From contig CAVWVQ010000003.1 in the NCBI GenBank assembly GCA_963758525.1, positions 800,001 through 864,000 on the forward strand: DNA of 64,000 nucleotides, given 5' to 3'. Below the pieces are notes generated by a model. It made no database searches, was not told the DNA's origin, and worked only from the letters and a program-made list of their open reading frames with translations. Of this stretch, positions 30,160 through 39,238 are shown piece after piece (position 1 is the first letter of the stretch; every line of letters begins with the position of its first letter). A program made the translations under genes and the position numbers. The DNA comes from an uncultured Phycisphaerales bacterium. Its GTDB lineage: Bacteria; Planctomycetota; Phycisphaerae; Tepidisphaerales; Tepidisphaeraceae.

Positions 30160-31611
30160 CTACGGCATCCGCTGTCCGATCAGCTTCCCCAGCGTGGGGA
30201 TCGCCTGCTCCACCTGCGGGGTCCAGAGGAGTCCGCAATTGATGCGCACGCAGTTTCGGTATTTCCCGGCTGCGGAGAAGACGACGCCGGGGCAGATGGA
30301 GATGCCGGCCTGGATAGCGCGGTTGTGGAGATCGACTGAATCGATCGCTTCGGAAAGCTCGGCCCACAGGAGAAAGCCTCCCTGGGGACGGGTGACACGG
30401 GTGTCGCCGGGGAAGTGCTCGGCCAACAGTTCGCTCATCCGGTCGACCTGCCGATGGTAGATCGCGGTGACTTTTCTCAGATGGCGTTCATAGCTGCCAT
30501 TCTCCATGAATTGCGCCAACGCCAGTTGCGGCAGCGTGGGAGCGGCGATGTTGAGCCAGGCCTTCATGCGGGCGACTTCCTTGATCCATTTGCCGGGGAT
30601 GCACCAGCCGATGCGCAGACTGGGGGCGATGGTCTTGGAGAAGCCGCCGCAGACCATCACATGGCTCATTGCCGAAGCGTCGTCGTAACTTCGGCAGGCG
30701 CGCGGTCTGGCTGGTGCGTATCCCAGGTCCGCGTAGATGTCGTCCTCGATCAGCGCGACGTCGGCCTTGCGGATCATTGCTACGAGCCGGGCGCGGTTTT
30801 CCTCCGGCATGATCGAACCGAGAGGATTATGCACCGTCGGAATCAGCACGACGGCCTTCACGAGGTTTTGGCCCAGGACGACTTCCAGCGCATCAAGCGA
30901 CGGGCCGGTGCGCGGATGGGTCGGAATTTCCAACGCTTTGAGGCCGAGCATTTCGATGGTCTGCAGAATGCCCCAATAGGTGGGGGATTCCAGCGCGATC
31001 GTATCGCCCGGCTGGGTGACGGCGCGGAGACAGAGGTGAATCGCCTCAAGGGCTCCGCAGGTGATCACGACATCTTCCGGCGAGATTGCGCAGCCGGCCC
31101 GGACGTACCAGCGCGCCACCTGGCGGCGCAGACTCGGCATCCCCGCGGGCGGCGCGTAGGCCGCCGACAGCAGCGGCTGCGATCGGCTGATCGAATTCAT
31201 CAGCGAGTGGACCGCCTTGGTCGACCAGTCGGACACCGCTCCGTTGGAGGCGCCCATGGCGATGATCCCGGGCTGGCCGAACTCGGTGAGCAGCAACAGC
31301 CGCAAGTCCCCCACCGTTACCGCCGAGGCGGTTTCGGGCGGGCGCGACATCAGCGGCTCTTCGACGTTCTCCCGCCGCAATGCGCGAACGTAGAATCCCG
31401 ACTGCGGCCGGGCCTGCAATCGGCCACGCTCTTCCAGCACGCGATACGCCGCAATCACGGTCGAAATCGACACCTTCAGTTGCGCTCCGAGCGAACGGAC
31501 CGAGGGCACCCGGCTGCCTACAGCCAACGCGCCGCTATCGATCATGTGAACGATTTGCGCCGCAACTTCTTCGTATAGCGGGACTTTTGCACCAGTCCGC
31601 ATTTCGGGCAT
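30160..31611 (-). CDS. MocR-type GntR regulator (wHTH plus PLP aminotransferase domain)
   Basis: LYEEVA..PSVRSL..VSISTV..AY..RPQSGFYV; IEDDIY; FSKTIAPSLRIGW. Confidence 0.93.
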   Translation of the reverse strand: MPEMRTGAKVPLYEEVAAQIVHMIDSGALAVGSRVPSVRSLGAQLKVSISTVIAAYRVLEERGRLQARPQSGFYVRALRRENVEEPLMSRPPETASAVTVGDLRLLLLTEFGQPGIIAMGASNGAVSDWSTKAVHSLMNSISRSQPLLSAAYAPPAGMPSLRRQVARWYVRAGCAISPEDVVITCGALEAIHLCLRAVTQPGDTIALESPTYWGILQTIEMLGLKALEIPTHPRTGPSLDALEVVLGQNLVKAVVLIPTVHNPLGSIMPEENRARLVAMIRKADVALIEDDIYADLGYAPARPRACRSYDDASAMSHVMVCGGFSKTIAPSLRIGWCIPGKWIKEVARMKAWLNIAAPTLPQLALAQFMENGSYERHLRKVTAIYHRQVDRMSELLAEHFPGDTRVTRPQGGFLLWAELSEAIDSVDLHNRAIQAGISICPGVVFSAAGKYRNCVRINCGLLWTPQVEQAIPTLGKLIGQRMP

Positions 31612-31620
31612 CGGCTCATC

Positions 31621-31706
31621 CAGTACAGTTTTGACTCGACAAAGCCAGCACAGATTTCCCCAGGAACTACTGTACCGGTCACAATTTCTATTTTCTGATA
31701 CTGTAC
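31621..31706. promoter_or_regulatory. Repeated ACTGTAC/GTACAGT boxes, likely MocR operator
   Basis: CAGTACAGTT, CAGCACAGAT and ACTGTAC twice, in the divergent promoter region. Confidence 0.55.
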
Positions 31707-31826
31707 TCAAATCGATGTGGGATGTCTACTATTCAGTCCCTGCAAGCGTAGGCATCGCACCGAGAGGGTCTCAGTGTGTTTCAGTTGCGCCGGCGCGAAG
31801 CAATGGGAGATTCGAGGAGTTGTATT

Positions 31827-32033
31827 ATGGTAGAGGATCGAAACAACCAGAGCCGCTTCGGCGGCGAGTACATGATTCAGGATAGCGATCACATGAGCGA
31901 GATCCCTCAGTCAACGGACAAAGCCAACCGCGGCGTCCGCCAGGCGGAGCAGTCTCATTCAGAGAGCCGCCAGCAAGGCGGCGATCAAGGCGAAGGCGCC
32001 CGGCAGGGAGGCGGGCGACGCCAGAGCCGCTGA
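31827..32033 (+). CDS. Small hydrophilic Gly/Gln/Arg-rich protein
   Basis: RBS GAGGAG; divergent from the MocR regulator. Confidence 0.55.
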   Translation: MVEDRNNQSRFGGEYMIQDSDHMSEIPQSTDKANRGVRQAEQSHSESRQQGGDQGEGARQGGGRRQSR

Positions 32034-32194
32034 GCAACCTTCCGATAAACAAGAATCGCCCTTGAACCGGCGATTCCCGTCCGAACCGGCCACGGCAGCC
32101 ATCTGCCGTGGCCGCTCTGTTTGTGACGTACCCGAGGAGGGATTGGCGTCGCGGATCGCTCCGCCGTCGGCGTGACGGTTGCGCCCCGAGGCGA

Positions 32195-32719
32195 TCAAAG
32201 CATGTCGAATCCATGGCTCTTATGTAGCGCCAGGAGCCAGGTGACGCTAATGGCGCTGGCAGGACTGACACTTTTCCCATTTGCCGCGTTCAATTGCGCG
32301 AGATCCATTGAGAGTTGCTGCTGATCGGCCTTTAAGATTGTCTCGATCTTTGCCGCATCGGCCGCGGCACTAGTTCTCGCGGAAGCCGCGTGCGTCTGCA
32401 GGTTCGTTTGCGCCGTCACCAGATTTGATATGTCGGTCATCGTTTTCGCTGAATCGCCCCGATCGCGCAAAAGAGCGCGGATATCCAGCTTGATGATGCG
32501 CTCGTCCGCTTTGAACGTCGCTCCCGCGGCTTTCGCATCCGCCGACACAACCGCGCGTAACGATCGCTTGTCGCTGCGCACCTGCTTTCGATCCGCGCGT
32601 ACAACCAAGACCAGCATCCGGTGGTCTGCCGGTGTCACGGAGCCCGACGGAACAGCGACAGGCTGCGGGGATGCCGAGCACAGTTCCCTCGGCTCCAGCA
32701 TTTCAACGATTGCGTTCAT
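32195..32719 (-). CDS. Helical protein with a planctomycete LEPR-xLL-like N-terminal motif
   Basis: Starts MNAIVEMLEPRELCS; purine-rich RBS. Confidence 0.65.
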   Translation of the reverse strand: MNAIVEMLEPRELCSASPQPVAVPSGSVTPADHRMLVLVVRADRKQVRSDKRSLRAVVSADAKAAGATFKADERIIKLDIRALLRDRGDSAKTMTDISNLVTAQTNLQTHAASARTSAAADAAKIETILKADQQQLSMDLAQLNAANGKSVSPASAISVTWLLALHKSHGFDML

Positions 32720-32839
32720 GGGCCCCTTTCAGATGAGCTGCGTTATTGTACAACGCGTTGCCGTCGGCCGTGCGGAAGTGACAGATGCGCGACAGCCAGG
32801 GTGCGCGCGAATTTCCGGGCCGATGGATGATCGACGTTG

Positions 32840-32920
32840 ATCGGGGTAGGGAAGGCCGATGGAATTCGGCCTCCCCTCCCGCCAAACCGGACTTGCGGAT
32901 CTCCCGCATCCGGCATTCGC
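32840..32920 (-). mobile_element. Group II intron 3'-end remnant (domains V and VI)
   Basis: Reverse complement GCCGGATGCGGGAGATCCGCAAGTCCGGTTTGG (DV) followed by GGGAGGCCGA..TCGGCCTTCCCTACCCCGAT (DVI, ends AT); no RT ORF nearby. Confidence 0.8.
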
Positions 32921-33167
32921 CCACGACCGCAGCTAAGCACCGCGGCTCCACCCCGATTGGAGTGCTGTAAAATTTCCACGCCTTTCCGGGTGGATTTCAC
33001 GTCGGATATTGAACGACGATCGCTTCGAAAGCATTGAGAGGGATTGCTGTCGCGAAAAAAGATATTTGTTGCAGCAATGTTCGAGCTTCGTATTCTCATT
33101 GGCTGATCTACATTCGCACTACTTTCGAATGAACGCACAGGGGTGACGCATTCAAAGGGAGGATGTT

Positions 33168-33802
33168 GTGCTTCGCGGACGAAACTCAGTTTTATCGCTT
33201 CTGGTGATTTTCCAGTCGCTTCTTTGCATGGCGGGCGGATGCTCATCGCCCTGGGGAACCGCGGGGGTTGTCGTCGGCAGCACGGTCTTCGGCGCACAGC
33301 GCCGACCGCCGAGATCCATCAGATCTATTACGTCGGCATCTTCGATCCTCACGAGCAACTTCCGCCGCAGGTCTATCGGCTGACGGTTCACGGGCAGGCA
33401 AGCTTCATCAGTCTGGTGCGTTTCGCCTCCGGGTGGGTGCCGGCGCCGTTTGTCGATTCTCTCGGGTCGAGCGTGTCGGTTGACCAGGAGAACAACCTGC
33501 AATTCAAGAAAAGCTCTGCCGACACCATGGCAGCTCTGACGACAGCCCGGCGCATGATGGTCTTCGGCCCCGAAGGGTTCCGCGAAGTCCCGAAGGATCA
33601 GCGCCTGGTGATCGTCATGGGCCAGAATCCCAATGCGTTTTTTCAGGGAATCGACAACGCGATGGGATTCGCCGCGCAGGTCAAGGCAACAACGCAACCG
33701 ACCACGCAGCCGTCGGGCATGTCGTCGGCGTTGAAGAACGCATCGGTCGAGCAGGGCCGATTGCAGGATTTGCAGAACGATCTGGACTCCGGCTCATTTT
33801 AG
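33168..33802 (+). CDS. Lipoprotein of unknown function, frameshift near 33300
   Basis: RBS GGAGG; lipobox MAGG-C in ORF 33168; continues as EIHQIYYVGIFDP..HGQASF..FASGWVP in ORF 33143..33802. Confidence 0.7.
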
Positions 33803-33810
33803 GGGACGTA

Positions 33811-36800
33811 ATGAAGACTCGATCCGTTGGCGCCAGATGCGCTCAGGCGTACATCACATTGCTGCTGCTGGGTATCCTCGCCGGCGGGTGTGCAGTTTTG
33901 ACGGTAGACGTGGACGTCTATAAGGGGCCGCTCTCCAACGAGCGCGTCATCCAAGTGAAACAGGTGGCCTCGATGGCCATGGCGGCAAAGCCGCTGCTCG
34001 TGAATCTGCGCGACTGGATGGAGTGGCCGGACCCGGATGTGCGCCGGTGCATGCAGGGGCGAGCTGGCGTATACAAGGCGGGCGCCATCGTTGACACTGG
34101 AACCGCCGGACCGCAGTCTTACGGCTATCATTTCCTGAACGAAAGAGCGCGTCGAATCAACGGCATTCTTGGCCTCTACGATGACAGTATCTATGGCCCG
34201 CTCACGGGGCCAGTAAGGGATGTGCGCGACGCCATCCAGGACGTGCTGGCAAATGCAGAGCTGACTCCGCCAGATGTGAAATTGCACAGGTTCGTTCCAG
34301 CGACAGCTCCTTCGACACAAGAGATGCAGACGACGAAGGTTATCGCTGGACTGCCCGATGTCACCGCTCAAGACATTTTCGCCGCACAGAACTTCTTGCT
34401 TAGCGCGCAGACGCAGCCGAGTTTGATCACCGATGCGAGCCAGGGCTGCCCGGTATTGAAGGACAGGTACATCCAGGTCGGCCCCAAGTACGACAAAGGC
34501 AACCGCCAACTGCGCCGGTTGCTATGGGCATCGACCGCCTTGGCTCAGCGATTGCTGTGGGATCCGAGAATCTCAACGACCTATCCGAATGCGGATTCGA
34601 TTCGTGACGCCGACGTCGACTTAATCGTCTCTTTGGTCAATTCGTCAGCGCTCTACACCGCGATAACAACGGACCGCGATCCGTCTGACTGCGACGTCGC
34701 CACGCTCAAAGATCACCTGGCGCGCACCGCGTGTCCGCCGAGCGCCAAATCTCTTCCTGCTGACGATTCTCTTCTAACGATGCTGAGTCGTCTGCTCAAG
34801 GCTGGCAAATTAGCCACGACCGATTCGCTGGCTAGCGGGGCCGTCCCACCAAGCTCCTTCGATCTGGAGGCTTTGCTCTTGGCCGACGCGTTCCTGCGCA
34901 GGCACGGCTTTCCCGGAGGCGTCGTAAGTCCTCAAAGCATTCGCGACGGGTCCCGTGTCGACACCCGGATGCCCACTGAGACGTTGGTCGAGACTCTCCA
35001 GACCATCGAACAAAACACAAATTCTGGTCTAGATGGCGGCCGCTTGAACAAAGGGATTGAAAGCCTCATTCGCGAATATCTGCAGAAGGAGGCCGATAAT
35101 GCGTCAGCCACGCCGCCGGCGACCGAGCCCACCGCTGAAGAAAGCACAATGAACGAATCTCTGGTGGATATGGCCGAGAAGCTGCGGTTTCTTGGTAATA
35201 ACGACGCAATATTCGAAGATCTCACCGTAGAAGAACTGCATAAACAACTCAATCCCGCAGCAACACAGCCACCGGGCTGCCCGCTGATTGCGGCGAAAGA
35301 TGGACGCGATGAAGATCCAAAGAAAAATTTCAGGACCGAGGTCATCACTCTCAAAATGTATACCCCGCTCTTACAGACTCTCGGCAACACGATACTTGTC
35401 GAAGAAAATGAATTGCAAGCCTGGGCGGATCATGACGCCCTGCAAAAGCGCGAGTTCGGCGACGCCGCACAGGCGTTTCGAACCGGTATTCTCATGAGCT
35501 CGGCGAGCACCCAGCCGAGCACGCTGCCAAGCTGCCGGCGTCCGAAGACGGTCGATTGCGATCCTTGCACGCTCCCCACGACCGACCCAGTTGCCCCGTG
35601 CATAGAAGAATTGACCTGCTCGGCGCTGCAGCCCCGCGCCGCGACGGAGCCGTCGAGCATGGAGTCTCCCAAGGAGCTGATGGATAAATGGATCACCACG
35701 CTGCAAATCGGCTATGAGAATTCCGTTCGCCGCTTCGGAACACATTCGGCCGAGGCGCAGAATCTCAGCGATGCCATCGAGGCGGCGGACAAGTTTCGGA
35801 TCGACATGATCTACATCCGTCCGCCGTCGGCGTATCTGCGAACGAGCAATCCCGCCTCGATCACTCAAAATGGCGATGACGGCAGATGGAAAAACTTGCT
35901 TCTGGACAACAGCTTCAAATCCCTTCCTTTCGGCGGGGAATATCTCGCCAATTGGCCCGGCGAATCGGACGGCTACTCAGAGTTGGACCCGAGGATGTTT
36001 TGTCCCTTTGACGCTGAGAGGTACCATCTTCCCACCCCTTTCGAGAATGCGAGAAATCGTCGATTAGTTGCCGCCGAGATCGACCGGCAATTCTGGCAAA
36101 ACATCAACACCGTTCGCGTCGACGGAACCGGGGCGACAAATTACGTCATCGCGAAAGACGACATCGGCAACTGGTACGTGAAAGACGTGGGCACGGATAC
36201 GAGCGCGATCACCCAGGCGGCAACCAACCTCTTTCTCTTCTCAGCGGCGGGCAAGACGGCAAGCCAGGCTGTTATCAAAGGCATTTCCGATCAGGTCGCC
36301 AAAGCGACAACGAGAAAGTCCGGCTATACGGGCGATTCGTCCACCACGCAGCCGACAACCCAATCTGCCGACGCAAGCGTTCGCAGCGGGCAACTCATAC
36401 AGGCGAACGACGAATTTCTCAGCCAGTCCAAACAGGATTATCAGGACGTGCAGGCCAAGCTCGGCGAGATTGCCAAGCTGGTGACCGCCGCGACGCAGCC
36501 GTCAGCGGCCGCGCCGGCTGACACAACCTCGGCCAAGCCACCAACTCAGGCGACCGTCGTCACAGTTCTCATGGCCAATGGCGATTATGAAAAGCTCATT
36601 CATACGCCGGCCACGCAGCCGGTTGAGAAGATCGCGGACGACAAGATCGACGGAGTCATTCTGGATGATCTGAATAACATGCGGCGGTATCACACGAACG
36701 TCTCGCTGGCCGCGGCCGCGGCAACGCAGCCGGCGCTAAGCGATGATGAGAAGAAGAAAGTGACGGGCGTGCAATCGTCCATTGCCGATGGATTGAAGAC

Positions 36801-36867
36801 GCTGGTCCGCCAGCGAAAATCACATGTTGACGTCTACCAGGGGGAGCTGCAGATCATCAGCCCGTAG
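33811..36867 (+). CDS. Large lipoprotein of unknown function (1018 aa)
   Basis: Lipobox LAGG-C, 8 nt after the previous gene; repeated TQP linkers. Confidence 0.8.
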   Translation: MKTRSVGARCAQAYITLLLLGILAGGCAVLTVDVDVYKGPLSNERVIQVKQVASMAMAAKPLLVNLRDWMEWPDPDVRRCMQGRAGVYKAGAIVDTGTAGPQSYGYHFLNERARRINGILGLYDDSIYGPLTGPVRDVRDAIQDVLANAELTPPDVKLHRFVPATAPSTQEMQTTKVIAGLPDVTAQDIFAAQNFLLSAQTQPSLITDASQGCPVLKDRYIQVGPKYDKGNRQLRRLLWASTALAQRLLWDPRISTTYPNADSIRDADVDLIVSLVNSSALYTAITTDRDPSDCDVATLKDHLARTACPPSAKSLPADDSLLTMLSRLLKAGKLATTDSLASGAVPPSSFDLEALLLADAFLRRHGFPGGVVSPQSIRDGSRVDTRMPTETLVETLQTIEQNTNSGLDGGRLNKGIESLIREYLQKEADNASATPPATEPTAEESTMNESLVDMAEKLRFLGNNDAIFEDLTVEELHKQLNPAATQPPGCPLIAAKDGRDEDPKKNFRTEVITLKMYTPLLQTLGNTILVEENELQAWADHDALQKREFGDAAQAFRTGILMSSASTQPSTLPSCRRPKTVDCDPCTLPTTDPVAPCIEELTCSALQPRAATEPSSMESPKELMDKWITTLQIGYENSVRRFGTHSAEAQNLSDAIEAADKFRIDMIYIRPPSAYLRTSNPASITQNGDDGRWKNLLLDNSFKSLPFGGEYLANWPGESDGYSELDPRMFCPFDAERYHLPTPFENARNRRLVAAEIDRQFWQNINTVRVDGTGATNYVIAKDDIGNWYVKDVGTDTSAITQAATNLFLFSAAGKTASQAVIKGISDQVAKATTRKSGYTGDSSTTQPTTQSADASVRSGQLIQANDEFLSQSKQDYQDVQAKLGEIAKLVTAATQPSAAAPADTTSAKPPTQATVVTVLMANGDYEKLIHTPATQPVEKIADDKIDGVILDDLNNMRRYHTNVSLAAAAATQPALSDDEKKKVTGVQSSIADGLKTLVRQRKSHVDVYQGELQIISP

Positions 36868-36925
36868 ATCGCGGCGGTGCGGACGTCACCCAGATTACGG
36901 AACACCCAAATCGCAATATTGGCTG

Positions 36926-37198
36926 TCACCGGCCCGTTAAAAGAAGCCACGCGCACACGCCCAAAAAACAACTGCTAATCGTGAGACCAATCCATCCAGG
37001 AATTGATCGCAGCTTGCTTGCAACGATTGCGGTAATTCCGGCGATAAACGCCATCGAAATTAACGGTACAACGAGGATCGGCGCCAAGAAGCCGATCGGT
37101 ATGGCAAGCAGCAGGCAAAGTGAAATCCAGCCCGCAATAAACCCTGTCCTTCTACGGGGGTGGAGGCGTGCATAATTTAACGTCTCGCGGTACATCAT
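36926..37198 (-). CDS. Small membrane protein; start uncertain
   Basis: Three hydrophobic segments after an LNYA motif. Confidence 0.5.
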   Translation of the reverse strand: MMYRETLNYARLHPRRRTGFIAGWISLCLLLAIPIGFLAPILVVPLISMAFIAGITAIVASKLRSIPGWIGLTISSCFLGVCAWLLLTGR

Positions 37199-37273
37199 GA
37201 GGGCGTGGGGGTGCCAACGGCACGACGCGTTCAGGCGGTAGGCCAACGAACGTTACTCCTTTGTATAGCCGGC

Positions 37274-37762
37274 TCAATTTTTCGTCTGGTTGGGATTGTC
37301 GGGCTTCCCGACATAAAAGGACATACCCTTCAGTTCAAGAACCTGCCATTTCTCGTTATCGGTTTCGTTTAGTGGCCGGCTCACCGTCAGGCGGTAATGG
37401 CCAGCGGCGCGAACATCCTGAGAAAGATCAAACTGCTTCGAAATGCTGCTGTGCGGGAGCAGTGCTGACTGCGGTGCATCCACAGCACAGCTCGGGGAGG
37501 GAAACGCCTTCCCATCCTCGTCATAGATCTCAGTGTAGAAGGGCGAAGCATGGTCCCCCCAAAACATGGCGGCTGTGTCATTATCGTTCTTGAGCACGAT
37601 GCAAGCCACAATCGGCCTTCCCACCTCATTTCGAGTCTGCAAACGGACTGTCAGAGACAACCCATCAATCGCCACTGAGTACGTCGCAAGATGCTCGGGA
37701 GCCGGCGTCGCGATCGCTGAGACGCACGTGATCAACAGCATGAGGAACAGAACGTTTCGCAT
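37274..37762 (-). CDS. Secreted beta-rich hypothetical protein
   Basis: Signal peptide MRNVLFLMLL..SAIA; Ig-like pattern DGLSLTV..GHYRLTV. Confidence 0.65.
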   Translation of the reverse strand: MRNVLFLMLLITCVSAIATPAPEHLATYSVAIDGLSLTVRLQTRNEVGRPIVACIVLKNDNDTAAMFWGDHASPFYTEIYDEDGKAFPSPSCAVDAPQSALLPHSSISKQFDLSQDVRAAGHYRLTVSRPLNETDNEKWQVLELKGMSFYVGKPDNPNQTKN

Positions 37763-37893
37763 TGGTAGGCCTCGCGTAGAATGTTGAACCTGGTCGAGCG
37801 GCCCGCGATGCACCCGTTTCCCATCATGGAAGCCGTGTGTGCACGTGTTCCGTTAGCGCGGAATACTAAGGTGACGCGAACGGGACGCGAACA

Positions 37894-38030
37894 CTAACAT
37901 TGGGAAGAGCCCGGCGGACGGCGACGTGGCTGCAACCTCTGCTGCAATTGTAAGCGATGGGCGGTTTGATTCACCCATTCGTCGCCGCCGAATGGGCGGC
38001 GGTCAAGGCTGATTTTGACCCGCTTCTCTT
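37894..38030 (-). mobile_element. C-terminal remnant of a REP-associated tyrosine transposase (RAYT/IS200-like)
   Basis: EEKRVKISLDRRPFGGDEWVNQTAHRLQLQQRLQPRRRP resembles the RAYT tail pattern S..RGRPFG...W....A.RL.L...L.PRGRP; adjacent GACGCGAAC repeats. Confidence 0.55.
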
Positions 38031-38115
38031 CCGGTTCTCCTGGGCGAGTCGCGGGAAATACACCATGCGGCGATAGCGAGCTGCGCAGGAGAAGTGTTTT
38101 GGCCGGGAGTACAAA

Positions 38116-39216
38116 ATGATTCACTATGACATACGAATCGATCAGCTCGATGTGACGACGTACCGCGTGCCGACTGATCTACCGGAGTCTGATGGCACGC
38201 TGACTTGGGACCACACTGACATCGTCGTCGTTGAGGTCAAAACCGGAGAATCGATCGGGCTGGGGTGGAGCTACGCGTCCAAGGCAACAGCGGAAATGAT
38301 CACTGGAATTCTCCGCCCGGCGGTTGTCGGACAATCGGCGCTGGCGGTCGAAGGCGCGTGGCGGGAAATGAGCCACCGCCTCCGCAACGTTGGCCGTCCC
38401 GGCGCCGGATCCATGGCGGTCGCGGCGGTCGATATTGCCCTGTGGGACCTCAAGGCGAAATTGCTCGGCGTCGCACTGGTCGATCTATTCGGCCCGGTGC
38501 GCGAGTCGGTTGAAATCTACGGCAGCGGCGGGTTCACCAGCTACACAGACGAACACTTAGCCGAACAACTCGGCGGGTGGGCCAGCGACGGTATCGGACG
38601 GGTGAAGATGAAAGTCGGGCGCGACGCCGAGGCCGATCTGCATCGCGTTGAGGTCGCCCGAAAGGCAATTGGTGACAGTGTCGAGCTCTTTGTCGATGCC
38701 AATGGCGCGTACACGCGCAAGCAGGCGTTGCTGATGGCCCAGCGCTTTGCGGAGGATTACGGCGTGACGTGGTTCGAAGAACCGAGATCTTCCGACGATC
38801 TGCAAGGCCTGCGGCTCTTGCGCGATCGCGGCCCGGCGGGAATGGATATCGCTGCCGGTGAATATGGAGATACGACCGGCTACTTCCGTCGCATGCTTGC
38901 CGCCGGCGCGGTCGATTGCCTGCAGGCAGATGCCACGCGCTGTGGCGGATACACCGGCTTTCTCAAAGTCGCTGCCCTGTGCGACGGGTTTGAAATTCCG
39001 CTATCGGCGCATTGTGCGCCGCAATTGCACGCTCATGTCGGTTGCGCGGTGCATGCTCTGCGGCACGTCGAGTATTTCCATGATCACAACCGGATTGATC
39101 GCATGCTGTTCGACGGATTTCTGGAGCCAAGCAACGGCCAACTGAAACCAGATCGCAGTCAACCCGGACACGGTATGGTAATCAGGCAGGCCGATGCCTC
39201 CCATTACCGAATCTGA
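38116..39216 (+). CDS. Mandelate racemase/muconate lactonizing (enolase superfamily) enzyme
   Basis: AVDIALWDLKAK, KMK, VDANG, WFEEP, AGEY, SAH. Confidence 0.92.
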   Translation: MIHYDIRIDQLDVTTYRVPTDLPESDGTLTWDHTDIVVVEVKTGESIGLGWSYASKATAEMITGILRPAVVGQSALAVEGAWREMSHRLRNVGRPGAGSMAVAAVDIALWDLKAKLLGVALVDLFGPVRESVEIYGSGGFTSYTDEHLAEQLGGWASDGIGRVKMKVGRDAEADLHRVEVARKAIGDSVELFVDANGAYTRKQALLMAQRFAEDYGVTWFEEPRSSDDLQGLRLLRDRGPAGMDIAAGEYGDTTGYFRRMLAAGAVDCLQADATRCGGYTGFLKVAALCDGFEIPLSAHCAPQLHAHVGCAVHALRHVEYFHDHNRIDRMLFDGFLEPSNGQLKPDRSQPGHGMVIRQADASHYRI

Positions 39217-39238
39217 AGTGCAATTGATCGGCCGAGCA

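Noticed and set aside
36870..37900. Integron cassettes or immunity-gene array
   Set aside because: No convincing RYYYAAC..GTTRRRY attC hairpins and no integrase or toxin domain
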